Part shown: piece by piece, positions 12,774 through 26,426 of the stretch | Layout of the letters: the number at the start of each line of letters is the position of its first letter | How positions within the stretch are numbered: the stretch's first letter is position 1 | Source of the DNA: Eledone cirrhosa | Lineage: Eukaryota | NCBI GenBank assembly: GCA_964016885.1 | Contig: OZ024743.1 | Coordinates: forward strand, 299,212,001-299,276,000 | Direction: 5' to 3' | Length of the DNA stretch: 64,000 bases | Notes under the pieces: model-generated | Told to the model about the DNA's origin: nothing | The model's database searches: none | The model's input: only the letters and a program-made list of their open reading frames with translations | Made by a program: the position numbers and the translations under genes

Positions 12774-12835
12774 AATGTGTGGTGACAGTCAAGTTTGCAA
12801 TTTTCAACTGTAATGAGATGGGTAAATTTTGTACC

Positions 12836-12945
12836 TTATATACAGTGAAAAGTGCTCCAGAATGCTAAATCTTGCAAACTGTATTTCGACCAATCGGTGT
12901 GTAGTTTCAATGTATTACTAAAGCTGATTGGTTTAAGCGTCACGG
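12836..12945 (-). promoter_or_regulatory. Putative Pol II promoter in the pLTR (CRE-like GTGACG, two CCAAT boxes, TATATAA)
   Basis: Minus strand order GTGACGC, CCAATCAG, ATTGG, then TATATAA at 12836-12842, about 60 nt upstream of the hammerhead. The same arrangement is at ~8729-8838. Confidence 0.5.
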
Positions 12946-13830
12946 TTGGTTGAGCATATCTAACGACCAATAATTGATCCTATCCAAAGCATCAATTGTT
13001 TTGCTATTTTTAGAAATGATAAAAATAGCATTTTCTAGTAATCATCACCATCAACATCACTTTTATTATTATTATTATTATTATTGTTGTTGTTCTTAGT
13101 GGTCGTAGTCGACATCGTCGTAGTCATAGTTATAGTAGAAGTAATACCCCTAAGCGTTATTATTGTTCATTTAGCTTGGGTTTGAATTTATCAATAAAAT
13201 TCTTTTCTTTGATTTTTCTCTTGATTTCACTTGGGAATCTATAACCTATGGATGGCGGGATCTATGGGTTATAGATTCCATACACTGGTGGCTCCCCTGT
13301 TTTATTGATGCCACACACACTCTCTCTCTAGTGTGTTACCCATTCAACATATTGTATTATATATATATGCAATATCCTTAAAACCCCCTTTTTTTTCTTT
13401 CTTTCCTTCTTTCCCCCCAAAATATTTCTCTGACCAAGTTTTCATCTCATCACACTTACAATAAGACACGCACACACACACACAGACACGTATATATGTG
13501 TGTGTATGTACCTACACACATGCACAAACACGCGCATGCACGCACACACACACATGCACACACACACGTGTGTATATATACACACTCATACTCTCTAAAA
13601 CCATATTCCAAAAATATAATTTCTTTTACAACCCTACTTTTGCCAAACCCATTTACCTCTCTCACCCACAGAATTTGTCTCTAGCTTACATTTACCCTCT
13701 TCGTCACCCCACCTGAACTCTCGACCAGTCCTTTAACACAATTGAGATACACACCCATATTTACAGAAACATTCCCGTTCCCTAAAAATAATTTTGTTCT
13801 GTGAAAAGACACCACCACCACCACCACCAT

Positions 13831-13886
<56 letters not shown>

Positions 13887-14209
13887 TGACTACCGCTCTC
13901 GATATGAGATTCCATTTTAGATCCAGTCTTCTTCTCAACAAGAAAGATGAACAAAGCTGCTTCAACACTTAATTTTAAATCTTCAATTTTTTATTCTTTT
14001 TAATTGTAATATTCAAAATTGGATAAGATGGATTAAACTGATACATCGAACCGGTTATATTTTATAAATTTAATATGCATTATAAAGCACCTTAAAAAAA
14101 AAATGTTCCTCTCATTTTTTCAATAATGTCACTTTGACGAATCAAACAAGAAAAAAAAAACAGAATCTTCATATTTTACGTGCCATTTCCAATATAATGA
14201 TAATAATAA

Positions 14210-14400
14210 TAATTGTTTCTACTTTAGGCACAAGGCCAGCAATAAACCAGTGCATTACTGGTACTTTATTTTATCGACCCCGTAAGGATGAAAGTCAAAG
14301 TTAACCTCGGCGGGGTTTGAACTCAGACTGTAAAGGGACGTAACTATGCTAGAAAGCATGGCGTCCGACCCTCTACCGATACTGCCAATCCACCGCCCTA
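14210..14400 (-). mobile_element. tRNA-derived SINE
   Basis: Minus strand GGCGGTGGATTGGCAGTATCGGTAGAG (A box) ... GAGTTCAAACCCCGCC (B box) ... GGGGTCGATAAAATAAAGTACCAG. Same family as 27521 and 33460. Confidence 0.8.
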
Positions 14401-14447
<47 letters not shown>

Positions 14448-14448
<1 letters not shown>

Positions 14449-17400
14449 CTTTCTTTATTGTCCACAAGGGCTAACATGAAGAAAAACATTACAGACGGCA
14501 CAGAACGGTACAGGGTGATACAAAGTGGGTTTTGGCCGTGTAAAAAAGGTTATAACAAGAAGATAGAAATATCAAAAAATTCAAACAACAAAAAATTCCC
14601 CAATAGGGGCGAAACTTCCGAAGGTCACTTGTGGCGAAAACCACACAATAGACCATGACCACCCTCACCACCAGGGCAAGCGCCCTCTCTCAGTTTTCCA
14701 CTCCTAACTCTACAGCGCATATTCAGAGCGGGCCAGACTCGCCACTTTCACCCACTTTTCAACAAACTTACTAGAAGACAGCAGTTGCTCTCCACCCTGA
14801 TTTTCCTCAACAAGTGAAACTTGAAAAAGTTAATGAGGGACTGGCCGGAGAGGAAAGTGTCCGTCTTCAACCCTTTCAACCTTGTCCACCACATAATCTC
14901 TTTCGCCATGGCCACCAGGCAGATGAAAACTCCCTGCCCTTCCTCCTCTTTAAAGGAGGAAGGCGGGGCTATCTGCATAATAGACTCGATAACCGGATCC
15001 GTCCTACACGCGACAGCAACTGTTCGACATAGCTCCACAAGTCAGCAATACGGGCACTGAACGAGTGCGTGCATGACGGTTTCGTCGCCCTGCACGCATT
15101 TCGGACAGGCTCGGCTAACAGCACCTCCGTGCCTGTAGAGCTTATCCCGAATCAGCATCGCTCCCCGGTAGCACTGCTAGGCCAGGGATTTATGGATGTT
15201 GTCCATAGGCCCCGGGCTGAAAGTTCTCATGATGAGAGCGAACAGCTGATCGTCTTCGAGGCCCAGGGTCTCCCCGAGAACGTCGTCGCTCTCCCCTCTA
15301 TTAGCCATCTATAGAACGCCGAGGTGGATGCTCCAACGGTACTAGTGCCCAGCATGGACTTTCCTCTCCAGATGCCGAGTTGCAAGCCCACCGACTTTTC
15401 CTGCTTTATCTTTGCTCCTGTCACCTCTTCGTATTTCTTGAGAGCGGTACCGAGCATCTGGACGTGTTTGGTGCTCGACACCACTACGGTGACGTCGTCG
15501 GCGTAAGCTGACACGGATCTACCGCATCCCAGTTAGCGTGGGACCCCCCACATCGTCTCCAATGTATGCAGTAACGGCTCGTGGGACGAGAGGGGATAAC
15601 CCCGCAGGACCGAGCGCATGATTCTGAAAGGCTGTGCCAGGTGACCATTCACCATCTCAATCGAGCAGATGTCACTCTGCATCGCAGCGATCCAGCCCCT
15701 ACAACGGGCCCGAAGCCGACCGCCTCGAGGACCGCAGCCAGGTACCGATGGTCGACCCTATTAAATGCTTTAGATTGATCCAAGTTGATCAGAGCCCGAC
15801 CCGTGCCAGGTTCCTTAAACACCCTCTCTATGATGTATCGCATGAGATGGAGGTTGTCGTGGATGGATCTGTCCGGAATGGCACATGTTTGCGCCTCTGC
15901 CACCAGATCCCCGACGACAAGCGCCAATCTCTTTGCTAACACATTGGCCAAAATCTTAATCTCTGCGTTTATCAGAGTTATGGGCCTGAAGTTGTCTATA
16001 ATGTCCCTCTTGTTCGGGTGTTTTCTCAGCAGCGCCACCGCTCCTCGGCTCACAAAACTAGGAATGCTCCCGTTCTGCTGCTAGTTCCAGTAGAATTCTG
16101 CCAAGAGGTCGCCGAACAAGTTTGCCATATATGCATAAAAGGGCAGACCATCCAAACCTGGCGATTTACCCCTCGTGCAGTCAGACATCGCTTCTCGTAT
16201 TTCACCTGCTGTTATCGGCTTTTCGCAGCACTGTGCTGCGGTCGTCGTGAGCCGCGGCAGTCCGTCGAGGTATGCACCGAAGTCCATACTGCGATCCGGC
16301 CCACCGCCGCTCCCGAACAATTGAGCAAAGTGCTGTTGAAAAGCCGCACACACCTGCTAGGGTTCGAGCAACATGCGCCCGTTATGATCAGGCAAAGACC
16401 GAATTGTGGACTTGTTGCCACGTTGTGCCTCCACCACCGAGGCCCATTGAACAGCTTTCGTCCCTTGGTGTCTTAGAGCATGCGCTCTAGCTCTGACAAC
16501 GTAGCCTTCATGCTTTGCGTTGAAGAATTGGTCGAGTGCCAATCTCGCCGGAAGCACGTCGGTTGCGATGCATGTCCTAACGCCTATTCTAGCTTTCTAA
16601 CTAACTCTCCCGCTACTCTATATTTCTCTATCACTACTCCTTTGCTAAACCTTATAGATTCTACTCTAATAGCCATTTTCATAACGCACGCTTAACTAAT
16701 TCGCTAATCCGGTCTCTATAAGCTAAGCTTTGCACGCCGGGAACGACGCGTTTAACTTCCACTAACTGGGCCCTTGCCTATGGAGTCTATCTAAGTCAAC
16801 TTCACAGATCACAAATTTGTGGGCCGTGTAGTCGACTATTTTAAATTGTGGACAACCTACACTAGTCTTATCTGTTTCCCTATAGAATACCCTATCTAAA
16901 TACCATCTGGATTACCCGATGCGGTTTGCCCATGTCCACATTTGCACATTCGGATAATCCAGTCTATACCTGTCAGACAGTTCAAAACATCTGAGCAGGT
17001 TGTTGAGACATTTATACCCTCCTCCCCTGTCTACTAGCTCCACATAATCCCGGCGTGCATCTAAGATACAGTTCCAGTCGCCCACTAAAGAGCGGGATCT
17101 TCCAAGAAAGGTCTCCAGACATCTGAAGAAATCTGGCCGTCTTGCCTCTAGTAGAGCGTAGACGGCTACTAGCCTGAAAGTATTACCTTGGCTGCCTGTC
17201 ACGTCCAGCACCACGACTTATATTCTGGGTCCAGGAAGATGGCTCGTATGCTTCGGGAGATTCTGGTCTCGCTGATGGCCACCACATCTAAGTTTAGTGA
17301 CCTGATGTCGTTGAGCAGGTGACCCTGCTCCCAAGATGACCCAAATCCACGCATATTTATACTGCCTATTCCAAGTACGGCCATGCTGGGCGAGGAAAGG

Positions 17401-19468
17401 GGTCAGTGAGAAAGGATCATTTACCATGATCGTGTGGGGGACGGACAGTAGAACCGTCCCTTCGGCTGGTCATGGGTGTCTCCAAGATGATATCTGTATA
17501 ATTCTCTTGGAGAGTGACCCCTGAAATCATCAACTGCGTTGGGGGACCTTTGTTTTATTTGTTTGTAATCTTCGAGTTAAATTTGCGCAATGTTAATATT
17601 TTTTGATAATGTTCTTGGTGTTGGTGGGGTGTGGTAATTTACGTCTGAAATATCGGTGTGCTGTTTTATATGTCTCATTAATCCTTGGTGTGCAATGTTT
17701 ATGGCTGTGTACTTTTTGGGTAGAGGGTTGGTTTTGTTGCTGTTTTCTTTTTTGTTGCTGTTGGGTGTGTGTGCTTTGTTTGTCCTCGCCTTTGGAGGGC
17801 GAAGCTAAGTGGTTCTTTCGTTTTTGGTTTTTGTAGGAGACCTTTTGCCACTTCACTCTCGCCTCAAACTCCATGTCAGATCCTGTGGCGTCTGGGAGCG
17901 GAATGGGCTCCACGGCTGTTGGTGGTGGTAGTATAGCACCCTCCGGTGATTTTGTTGCTGGGGAAGCTACCGCAAATGTAGCTACTGGTGTTGCCGCCAC
18001 TTATGCCGCTGTTTTAGTTGTCCGTGTCCTTGGTATGGATGCCACGGACGTTGCCCTCCTACTCACCGTGGGAGCGTCTTCTGCCTCTGTTTCCTGCCCT
18101 GCTCTTGGTAGCAGCGGAACAGGTGTCGGAAGGAGGGGGGGCCCTCTTCTTGGCTGTCTTCTGTGGGCAAAAGGCCCTGAAGTGACCCTTTTGCCCACAG
18201 AAATAGCACTTTGGGCGCTTTCCTTCCACGTTTATAGGGAGTTGGAGTCCTTCCTCGAGGTCTATGATATCTGGCATGGCCTCGATAATACTCCTGGTCA
18301 GTTTGTATTAGCATTTTCATGCCTATACCTGACCAGTTCTCTCTTCCCATTCTCTGTATTTGCAGTATGGTGGTCCTGTCCTCGATCCCAGCAAGGAAAA
18401 ACTCGGCCAGCCAAGGTATGGGCACGTCGGGCGGGACCTGGCTCACTTTGACCCTCACAATTTTCTGCCCGTAGTAGGAGGGACCAAGACTATCTCCTCA
18501 CTCTTTAGGGTTTCCAAAGAGTGAGACTTCACCTCTTGGGGGGTGGCGAAAAGTACGTCTACTGTGGCATACTTTTTGCCTAACGTAATGTGGGCTTTGC
18601 GCGCGGAGACGCACCCAAAGGTCTTTGGGATTTGAGCCTCCTTGGTTCTCTCCACCCGATGTAACATTTTGCTTACGGTGCGGTAAGTCACCGTCCGTAA
18701 CTGCTAGTCCTTGAAGAAATCGGGTGGACGTTTCAGGGAAACTCTATTATCATTTCTTGTCACCATGGCCCTTGCGACTGCCATCGCCTCCTCCGTGACT
18801 AGCACTGTTTCTATATTTCGGGCTACATCTGCGAAATAAGTGGCCCCTTTTTCAGCGGCATCATTATCGCTGCCGCTACTGCTGCTACTGGTCTTGTTGT
18901 TGCTGCTGTTGCTGTTGCTACAAACGGTGTTGTTGGTGTTGTTGCTGTTATCACTGTTGTAGTTGTTTGTGTTTTTGGTGCCACAGTTGTTGTTGCTGTT
19001 GATGTTGTCGTTGTTTATTTTCTTGTTAGTGTTGTTAATATCGTTAATATCGTTGTTGCATTTGTTGTCATTTTTTCTGTTGTCTGTATTTTGTATGTCG
19101 CTGATATTGTTGCAGTAGGAGTGGTAATCTTTTAATAACTTGTGTTCTCAGTGTTGTTGTCATTGCTTTCTTTGTTCACGTTATCTGTGGTGGTGTTTGT
19201 TGTATAAATTTCTGTAAGCCTCCTCTCAACTTTTACGCCGTTGTCACATGGCAGCAGACACATTGCTGGGGCGTGGCTCAGCCATGTTTCTTTTAATAAT
19301 TTTAAAAAGTAAAATGTTCAAATATATGGGCCAAAAGGCCAAAATATTATACTTTCCCCTTCACAGGGCAAAGTCCCTTACAAAACAAGAACAATTTAAC
19401 AACAAATAATTAAAACAGGTAAATAAAGCAACTTACTGGGAGCGAGCAAAACGACGTCCGATCAGACC
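14448..19468 (-). mobile_element. Tx1-clade LINE copy A, both ends present, decayed with internal deletions
   Basis: ORF1 pieces with KCYFCGQKGHFRAFC. APE motifs GSINMRG, ISETR and GDWN. RT motifs NFRPITLIN, LDQSKAFNRVDH and AYADD. The 3' end is AATAAA followed by (TTA)n. Confidence 0.88.
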
Positions 19469-19483
19469 AATAATAATAATAAT

Positions 19484-22057
19484 GATTTGATTTATTGGCC
19501 ACAAGGGCCGACATATAGGGGACAATAAAAAATACTGGGACAGTATTTTTTATTGTCAGAAAAATCGAGTAAACAATATGAATCACAATAACAAAGTAAC
19601 AATAAAATTACAAGAAAAAATTCCCCAATAGGGGGGATGACCACCCAGGGTTCGCTCAGGTACCCCATCAATCCTGAACGACCCGACGCTTCGAGAGCAC
19701 CATGAAAGGGCACCCCTCTCCTCCTCAAATGTACCTACCTACAGCCGCATGTCAGAGTAGGCCCACTCACACGGGTCATTCTCGCCACATTCACCCACCT
19801 TTCAGCAAATGTACTGGGAAGCAGCACTTCTCTCTCCACCCTCACCTTCCTTTCCAAGTGAAACTTGAAAAAGTTGATGAGGGATTGGCCGAAGAGAAAA
19901 GTGTCTGTCTTCAGTCCTTTCAAACTCGTCCACCATACAACCTCTTTAGCTACTGCCACCAGAGAGAGGAAAATTGCCTGCCCTTCCTGGCCAAAAGAAG
20001 GCGGCGGGTCGAGCTTCACTATGGATTCGGCCGATAGCCGGATCCGTTCTACACGTGACAACAGCTGTTCAACATAACTCCACAAGTCAGTATGCACTGG
20101 GCGAGTGCGTGCAGAACGGTTTCGTCGCTCTGCGCGCATCACGGGCAGGTCCGTCTGACAGCACTTCCGTGCCTGTAGAGTATATCTCGAACCGGCAGTG
20201 CCCCCCCCCCGGTAGCACTGCCAAGCGAGGGATTTTTGGAAATTATCCATCGTCCCCGGCTCGAAAGTCCTCCAATACAAACTGGTTAGTTCGACTTCGT
20301 TGACTCCCAGAGCCTCTTCGAGTGCGTCATCGCACTTGCCCACCACAAATCCTCTATAGAACACGAGAGTGGAAGTTCCACTGACCGCATTGCCCGCCTG
20401 GTAGAGGGCAGTGAGTGCCTGGCAACATTCCAGGTGCCAGTCACCCAGTCTCGGTCTCTTCTTGACCCAGGACTGCAGCTCAGTCAAAGAAACGCGCTGC
20501 GGAAAGGCCCGTCTGACAAACGGCGACCACCCCTGTTCACCGTTTTGGCAGAATATCTGGAGATGCCGCAACCTCAGGGCGTGCCTGCGCATCATAAGTT
20601 ACGACATGCCCAGCCCTCCACGTAGAGGCTGCTGGCAGCAGATGGACCGGCTCAACGCCCGCCTCACCAGCGGAACCTGACCTCTCCACAAGAATTTGAA
20701 GAGGAGCCGCTCCAAGATGGCGAGGCGCGAACGGGATCAAGGGGGGACGGTCAGACGGTAGTAGGTGACGGACGCGATGTACGCGTTCGCCACCTCCGCC
20801 CGACCTTGCAGTGATAGCTTCATCCCAGCCCATTTCTGGGTGAGACTGGCTACCCTGCCCGTCACCTCGTCCCAATTCTTATCCACCTGGAGGTCTGGCC
20901 CGAACCAAACCCCGAGCAACTTTACCGGTCCGTCCGTCCAGCGCCTAACGACGCTGTTGGACGGCATAACCTTGCCTCTCCAGGTGCCGAGTTGCGGATC
21001 TACCGACTTTTCCGGGTTAAGTTTTGCTCCTGTCAACCTTTCATATTCCTCCAATAAGTTGCCGACCACCTCGATTTCTGAGGTGTCCGACACCATCAGG
21101 GTGATGCCGTCAGCATAAGCCGACACAGCCTTTCGGCGTCCTGGTTCGAGTGGGATGCCCTGAAACAGCTCCAGCTTCCGCAGTAAAGGCTCGAGAGTCA
21201 ATTCGTACAGAAGGGAGGAGAGCGGGAACCTTTGACGGACCGATCCGGAGACCAGAAACGGCTCAGAGAGGTGGCCAGTAATTTTCATCATCGAGCAGGT
21301 GCCGTTGTGCATTGCAGCGATCCAGCTTCTGAAGACGGGGCCGAAGCCAGCCGCCTTGAGGACAGCCTCCAGGTACCGATTGTCGACCCTATCGAATGCT
21401 TTCGATTGATCTAAATTGATCAAAGCCCCACCGAAGCCAGGTTTACACCCTACCCTCTCTATGATGTATCGCATTAGGTGGAGGTTGTCGTGTATGGACC
21501 TGGTTGGGATTGCGCAAGTTTGCGCCTCCCCAACCAAATCCCCGACGACAAGCGCCAACCTCTTCGCTAACACCCTGGCAAAAATCTTAAACTCCGTGTT
21601 GAGCAGAGTTATGGGCTTGAAATTGTCTAATGTGTCCCTTTTGTTCTCGTCTTTCCTTATCAGCGTCACTACGCTCCGGCTCACAGAACTGGGAATACTC
21701 CCGTTTTGCTGCCAGTTTCAGTAGAGGGGTTCGAGGAGATTAGAGAACAAGTCTGGTATATTTGCGTAAAGCTCGTTGGGCAGACCATCCAAACCGGGTG
21801 ACTTGCGCCTCATGCAGCCGACAAGGGCATCCTGAATCTCGACTGAAGTAATTGGCCTTTCGCCGCGCCCAGCGTCAGCCGTCGAGAGTTGCGGCAACCA
21901 TCGAGGTAGGGACTGAAGTGGGCCACCATCTCTGACCCGCCACTTCCCCCGAACAACCGAGCAAAATGTTGGCGAAAGGCCTCACACATCCGCTTGGAAT
22001 CGTTCAGCTCGTGTCTGTCTCGGTCCGTTAAAGACCGAACTACACTTTTCACGGGCA
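19484..22057 (-). mobile_element. Tx1-clade LINE copy B, 5'-truncated (RT and C-terminus), different subfamily
   Basis: ORFs 20737-21684 (RT, AYADG) and 19735-20595. AATAAA plus a short (TTA)5 tail. Confidence 0.88.
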
Positions 22058-22247
22058 TTAAAAAGTCTTACAGCAGGTGACTGGTCATGATTCAGTGGAG
22101 AAAAATTGTGTAGATTTTCACACCGGAAGTAGTTAAAAAGAGGGGAGGGGTGAGATGCAATGTATATATATATCTGTCTCTTATACGTAAATCTCAGTGA
22201 AAGGATAAAATATATTAATATATTATCTATTCAGAAAAGTATTAGAT

Positions 22248-22500
22248 TATATTAAACTTAAACCAAAATCTGATTTCGTGGGCATATAAGCTAAAGAGCT
22301 ACTAAATTTAGCTTTAAATTATATAATACCCGACCATGGTTTCTGGAACTCAGGATGGAACATCAGGAATTCCAAGTCATTGGAAGAATTCCAAGATATA
22401 GGAAGAATTCTTCTTAGAAATAACTTGACTGGTTGAAAATATATTTAGCCGATTTGGCTTATATCCTCACAAAATGAGATTTTGGCTTAAGTTTAATATA
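22248..22500. repeat. ~48-bp inverted repeats around a decayed hammerhead-like motif
   Basis: TATATTAAACTTAAACCAAAATC...ATATAAGCTAAA is mirrored at 22453-22500. The inner minus strand has CTGATG...GAAA-CCATGG-TC (22325-22372), but stem II does not pair. Confidence 0.6.
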
Positions 22501-22521
22501 TTATATTATATATATATATAT

Positions 22522-22804
22522 ATTGCTATGCTTTGGGAGGGTCATGTTGCCAATGAGAAACACACGCACCAGTTGCTTTCACTTCAGTTTATGATAAATT
22601 AAATTTATAAATTAAGGAATTTATAATTTTCCGGTTGGTTGGTTCCACAACCAGACGATTGTTCATATATTGTCAAAGTTCTTTCGTCACACATTCTGTG
22701 ACCTCTTCAGTGAGTGGGGATTCTTTTCTTTGTTTTTTTGCCTCTCCTTTGTTCTGGTGCGTGTGTTTCTTATTGACAACATGACCCTCCCAAAGCATAA
22801 CAAT
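22522..22804. mobile_element. 283-bp non-coding module with ~50-bp terminal inverted repeats enclosing a hammerhead
   Basis: ATTGCTATGCTTTGGGAGGGTCATGTTGCCAATGAGAAACACACGCACCAG is mirrored at 22754-22804. Homologous to 5625-6306. Confidence 0.75.
22672..22714 (-). ncRNA. Minimal hammerhead ribozyme
   Basis: TCA-CTGAAGA-G-GTCACA(GAATG)TGTGAC-GAAA-GAAC-TT-TGAC. Stem II is identical to the 5731 copy while the loop differs. Confidence 0.7.
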
Positions 22805-22899
22805 ATCGGTTTCAACACACGTTTTCAGATAAAGAATCTTGCTAAACAAATTCACAAACGAAATATATATATATACAGACATAAATACATGCATACATA

Positions 22900-23910
22900 C
22901 TTACACACTTACATATCCCTCCGACAACATCTACGAACCGCCAAGCGTAGAAGCCCATCTATTGAGCAAGTCTGTCTGCATGAGACAGATAAGGACATGA
23001 GATTTGGGAAGGAACTACGTGTAAGATACTCCCTGCATGATAATCAAAAACTCACACCCAGGGAAATACCGCAGCAACACCGCAGTGAATCCCTGGATGA
23101 AAAGCTTCATGCTTATCATAAAAAATCATGCATGCGTATTTTGACTGGAATTTTCAGAGTGTAAGTAATATAGATAAGCAAAGTAGTCTATCTTGGACCA
23201 CCAACATATATTGGCTCTCACTTTGAAGGATATGCTTTAGCAATCCGAGAACAGAAAACCAATACAAAATAACTGATTCACAAAAGAGATAGGTATGCAT
23301 GCAAAACACCTAGATGTGACAAGTGCAGACTGGAGAAATTAACATCGAAGATGTCACCCATATTATAAGCAACTCTCCAAAGATGTCATCATTGAACTTT
23401 CTGTCTATGAGGTATAATGCTGTAACCAAAACACTATAAAATGTAATCCATAGAAAAGAAAGCTTCGACAATAAACATATTAAAAGTCACAGCAATGTGG
23501 AAAATATACACATACATAATATGAAAGAGTACTTGGGATGTTCCAATCAAAACCCCAATAAAATGCAAGCATGACAGACCAGATATTAATATGTGACAGG
23601 GAAAAGAAGGCACGCACAGTAGTTGAAGTTAGCTTCCCAGTAGATGCCAATATACTATCAAAGATTAGTGAAAACGATAATGTCTATGCAGAAATAATGA
23701 GGAATCTGCAGATACTCCACCCTGATTCTACCTTCAAATTTATATCTGTGATTATTGGGGCACTGTGATATGTTATTAACTGCCTCAGTATAAATCTTGA
23801 GAAGCTCAGCTTCACAAAAGCAGAAAGAACACGACTAGTTAGGAAAAGTTCAATCCCTTAATGGAGCAGTGAAAATATGTAAAGCATTCCAAACGTTGTG
23901 CATGTAATAA
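22900..23910 (+). mobile_element. Old RLE-type (R4/Dong-like) LINE 3' fragment
   Basis: Broken frames give FEGYALAIREQ, CDKCRL, EDVTHIIS, HDRPDILICD, VVEVSFPVD and VIIGAL. Confidence 0.7.
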
Positions 23911-24739
23911 CTGCATGTACAGATGTACAGATACAAAAGATATGCACATGCACATATATAACTCAAAACATACACATCCACACATAGGTTAGCATCCATT
24001 CCTTCTCACACACGCACGCATGCAGACATGCATATAAATGTATCTAGATGATGTTTAAATTCTAATGAAAGGGTCTTGTGTCTATGTTAGAAACCGACTT
24101 TCTCTATTGTTACAAAATTTATAAAATTATAAAACCAGAAGATCATACCTACACACATACCTAAATACATATGTTTAAATATTAAGTGAAAATTTATTCC
24201 CTCTGAATTCAGATCAATACAATTACGAAGCTGATACGATTAAAAGCAACAACTAAATGGAACTAGAATTAGAAACCCATGTGACTTATGTTCCTAATCT
24301 CTGTAGCCGAGTTTCAGGCTTGATTTTAAAATGAAAGAAGAGAACAAATTTGTTGGAGAAATTCAAATGATAAGGTTGTCTTCTATAGTAACGAAAGAAT
24401 TTCCATATTATTTGAAGCATTTGCAAGGATTAAGGATGGTTTGGCTGCTTTAAATTATAGTGCAGAACAGCAAATGCATACAAATTACGTGATATCGTCT
24501 GATCTTAGAATTAGAAACAAAGGAATACTTGTTGTAACAACCATACACACATTCAAATGCATGCTGACACCCACTCACACACTAACACACACACATACAC
24601 ACACAAGCCCACACACACACGCACAAACGCACATATATATCTATTTATATATATATGTATACATCTATATTTAATATGTATATAAAAAATGTGTGCAGGA
24701 GCACATGTGATTTTGTGGATGCGTGTGTGTATATATATA

Positions 24740-24770
<31 letters not shown>

Positions 24771-25161
24771 GTTGTGTGGATATATATATATATATATAGA
24801 TGCGTCTGTCTGTGTGTGGGCGCGCGCGTGTGTATGTGCATTGATGGGTATATACTTCTCCGTTCTGTAATTCCGTATACTTTTCTAAATCTCACTACTT
24901 GGATAAATGCCCATATATCTTGCGGCATTTATTGCAGTAGAGATAAGTTGATTATCAAGCTTATACTTCACTTGAGAAAGCTATGCCAAAAATCATATTT
25001 AAATAGAATTGTTGTGAAATCAAGAGGAAAGAGTCTGGAGCTTACATATGTACTCAATTAAGTATAAAGACACATAGACGCATGTATACGCTTGCGCGCC
25101 CATAGACATGTATGTAGGTACGTATGTATGCATGATGTATGTATGTATTTATGTGCGTACG

Positions 25162-25207
<46 letters not shown>

Positions 25208-25221
25208 TATATATAGATATG

Positions 25222-25328
<107 letters not shown>

Positions 25329-25334
25329 ATATAT

Positions 25335-25519
<185 letters not shown>

Positions 25520-26315
25520 GTGTGTGTGTGTATATATATACTTACACACACACAGATATATACGTATATATATATGTGTGTGTGTATATATATATATATG
25601 AATATTCATGTATATATAGAGACAAATATATATAAATGCATACATACACAAACTGCCCAAACAGACATTTATATGTATGTACACGTGTGTTGTGGGTGTT
25701 TATAAACGTGTGTGAGTATAATTTATATAGCAATATACGTACGATGAATATGTGTAGGCAATTATGTTACGTGGATATTAGGCATCTGCTGATTTTCATA
25801 AATGATATGATATGCCTTTGTGGAATCTTTCCCGATGCCACTTGTTTTACGGAGCTTATTCTACATATAAACTGTTCCACTCTCATCCCTAATTATATAT
25901 ATTTGAAACAGATGCTATGTGTCTACTAGATAACACTCGATAATCGCCTTGCCAAGGTTAATATTCCACAGATTGAAAATACTTATATTATCATATTGGC
26001 TTTTGAATATTATTTTTTTTTGTTCTTTTTATCTTGCCATATAGAATATTTTGCATTGAGATACAACTAAACCACATAGCAATCATGTGAAGTATACCCA
26101 CTTACGCTCTTAAATACGGAAACCAATGCTGGACATTTAAAGCAATTCTACACACTGACTGCGTACAAACGCTACATACAGTTATTAACATTAATGACTA
26201 GATTGGCAGAATATTTAGAAAGTCAGAGGCAATAAATTGCAATATTTACTTACGAATCTTAGTGTTTTGTGTTCAGATCCAGCTGACGATGGGTTTGTTT
26301 TTTATTTATCTATGT

Positions 26316-26426
26316 TAGTGGTTCCTAAACTTCTTTTTCACTCGCGACACTGTTTTGAAAAAGTAAAAATATTCTAAAGATGGGCCTCGAAACATTAATA
26401 CCCGCATAGATTTAGGAACGCTACTG
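26316..26426. mobile_element. Small decayed hAT-type MITE
   Basis: Imperfect terminal inverted repeats TAGTGGTTCCTAAA ... TTTAGGAACGCTACTG. Confidence 0.35.

Larger units (their letters stand above)
8507..13235 (-). mobile_element. Near-complete Penelope-like element, Neptune-type, with partial-tandem pLTR duplication
   Basis: 8507-9125 is directly repeated at ~12615-13235, including the end of the ORF. The RT plus GIY-YIG ORF lies between. The 3' end abuts (TA)n. Confidence 0.92.
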
